Positions 62,959 to 64,000 of a stretch of DNA of 64,000 nt are shown piece by piece. A model generated the notes under the pieces. That model was not told the DNA's origin. It saw nothing but the letters and a program-made list of their open reading frames with translations, and searched no databases. The number at the start of each line of letters is the position of its first letter. Positions within the stretch are counted from its first letter, which is position 1. The position numbers and the translations under genes are program-made. Origin of the DNA: Amoebophrya sp. A120 (Eukaryota; Protista; Dinoflagellata); contig CAJINV010000006.1 of NCBI GenBank assembly GCA_905178155.1, positions 1,241,876-1,305,875 of the forward strand, in the 5' to 3' direction.

Positions 62959-63453
62959 GATGGGAGCCGGTAGTTTGGGTTTATCTTTATTCTTCTTGCG
63001 CCGGCGTGCCAGCACGCGACAAGGATTAACACCATGTTGTACAAAATAACTACACCAAAAGAAGTGCCAGTACCATCTTAGTGGAGTAGTTGTTCATTTC
63101 GTTTTGATTGCATATCAAAAGAAGCTACGCCCACATGTAAAAATCTTTCTAGATTTCTTGTCGAACGTCAAAAACTTGTAGAGACATCATCCATACGCTG
63201 CAGTATTATACATAGTATACTCCGCAGCCCGGCTTCCTCTGCTCGTGCGTATCCCGCACGGTAAGGAAACCATTGAGGGCAAACCATATTACCAGTTTAT
63301 TTCCATCCTACAACAAATCTGTAGCACTCCTGTAGTTTTGAAAATTTTTAGAAAAGTCATATCATTTGTTCAGAAAGTTTTTTGTTTTTAGATTTTAGCT
63401 GCTCAACGAATCCAGTTCCAGCGCGATGTAGTCCTCGACCATGAGCAATGTGA

Positions 63454-63778
63454 TATCAAAACGAAAAATCCCCCTTCCCCATATCAAAACGAAGTTTCTG
63501 ATGCCGGATTTGCGTACACAAATCTGATTTGTCTTGCAGTAAGGCAGCGCAGCCAGATCCTCGGCCTAGGTAGGGGCGTTTGGGTCTAGTTGCTTAGCAT
63601 TACAAACGGCTGCCCCCTAGGCGCAACAGCATGCCTAATCGCTTCCATAATGGAGCGGAAGCTTCTGCACTTGTCTTCTTGCAAGACAGACGTGATTTGT
63701 GGTCTCAAATCAGCAACGCAAATTTTCGGAGTCATACTTTTTCGATATGTTGGGGAGGGGGGATTTTTCCTTACAATA
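63454..63778. mobile_element. Introner family G, intact, outside any CDS
   Basis: TATCAAAACGAAAAATCCCCC...GGGGGATTTTTCCTTACAATA; DR TGTGA/TGTGA; absent from paralogous flanks near 59680 and 61610. Confidence 0.88.
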
Positions 63779-64000
63779 TGTGACCACGCAGCCCGCCTAT
63801 CAGTACCCCTGATAAGCACAAGGCCGCAAGGTGGAACAACAACCGCAAAAAGTATCAGAAAGCTCTATGTCTATCCCCTCGAGCAAGCGTATTATAACTC
63901 AGAAAGAGGTTGATGTAGCAGTCGTGTCCCTAGTATGTAAAAAAAAAGAGGAAAAAATGCCGCGTGCGGGTTTCGTGAAAACAGGCTGAAGTTGAACGTG

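Larger units (their letters stand above)
58570..64000 (+). repeat. Tandem triplication of a ~1.6-1.9-kb gene unit
   Basis: Copy 1 and copy 2 3' flanks are nearly identical at offset 1922; copy 3 is more diverged. Confidence 0.85.

Overview
Eukaryotic genomic DNA in which every gene I could reconstruct lies on the + strand. The genes are fragmented by about 70 short (typically ~140-330 nt) mobile elements of roughly 9-10 sequence families. Each has terminal inverted repeats reading TAT...ATA and sits between 5-nt direct repeats (DR). Removing an element plus one DR copy restores the reading frame at nearly every site. In-window paralogs show the empty sites, so these behave as non-canonical (non GT-AG) introns of transposon origin (introners). 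The architecture matches what is known from the parasitic dinoflagellate Amoebophrya (Syndiniales); that assignment is inferred. Reconstructed genes: two Pro-rich proteins with PAN/Apple-like Cys motifs, a coiled-coil protein with 18 introners, two phospholipid scramblase paralogs (5 vs 10 introners, none at shared positions) and three tandem small secreted Cys-tailed proteins. The main find is a nested structure. An 11.1-kb hAT transposon (20904-32018; 20-bp TIR, 6-bp TSD CAAACA) sits inside one introner that interrupts a host exon. Its ~1460-aa transposase is invisible in the ORF track because 14 further introners split it, one of them inside the putative catalytic Glu codon. Also present: stacked double introners at single sites, other insertions nested in introners, and an 8-bp-TSD hAT-type MITE. 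All protein family calls come from motif recognition by eye; no searches were run.
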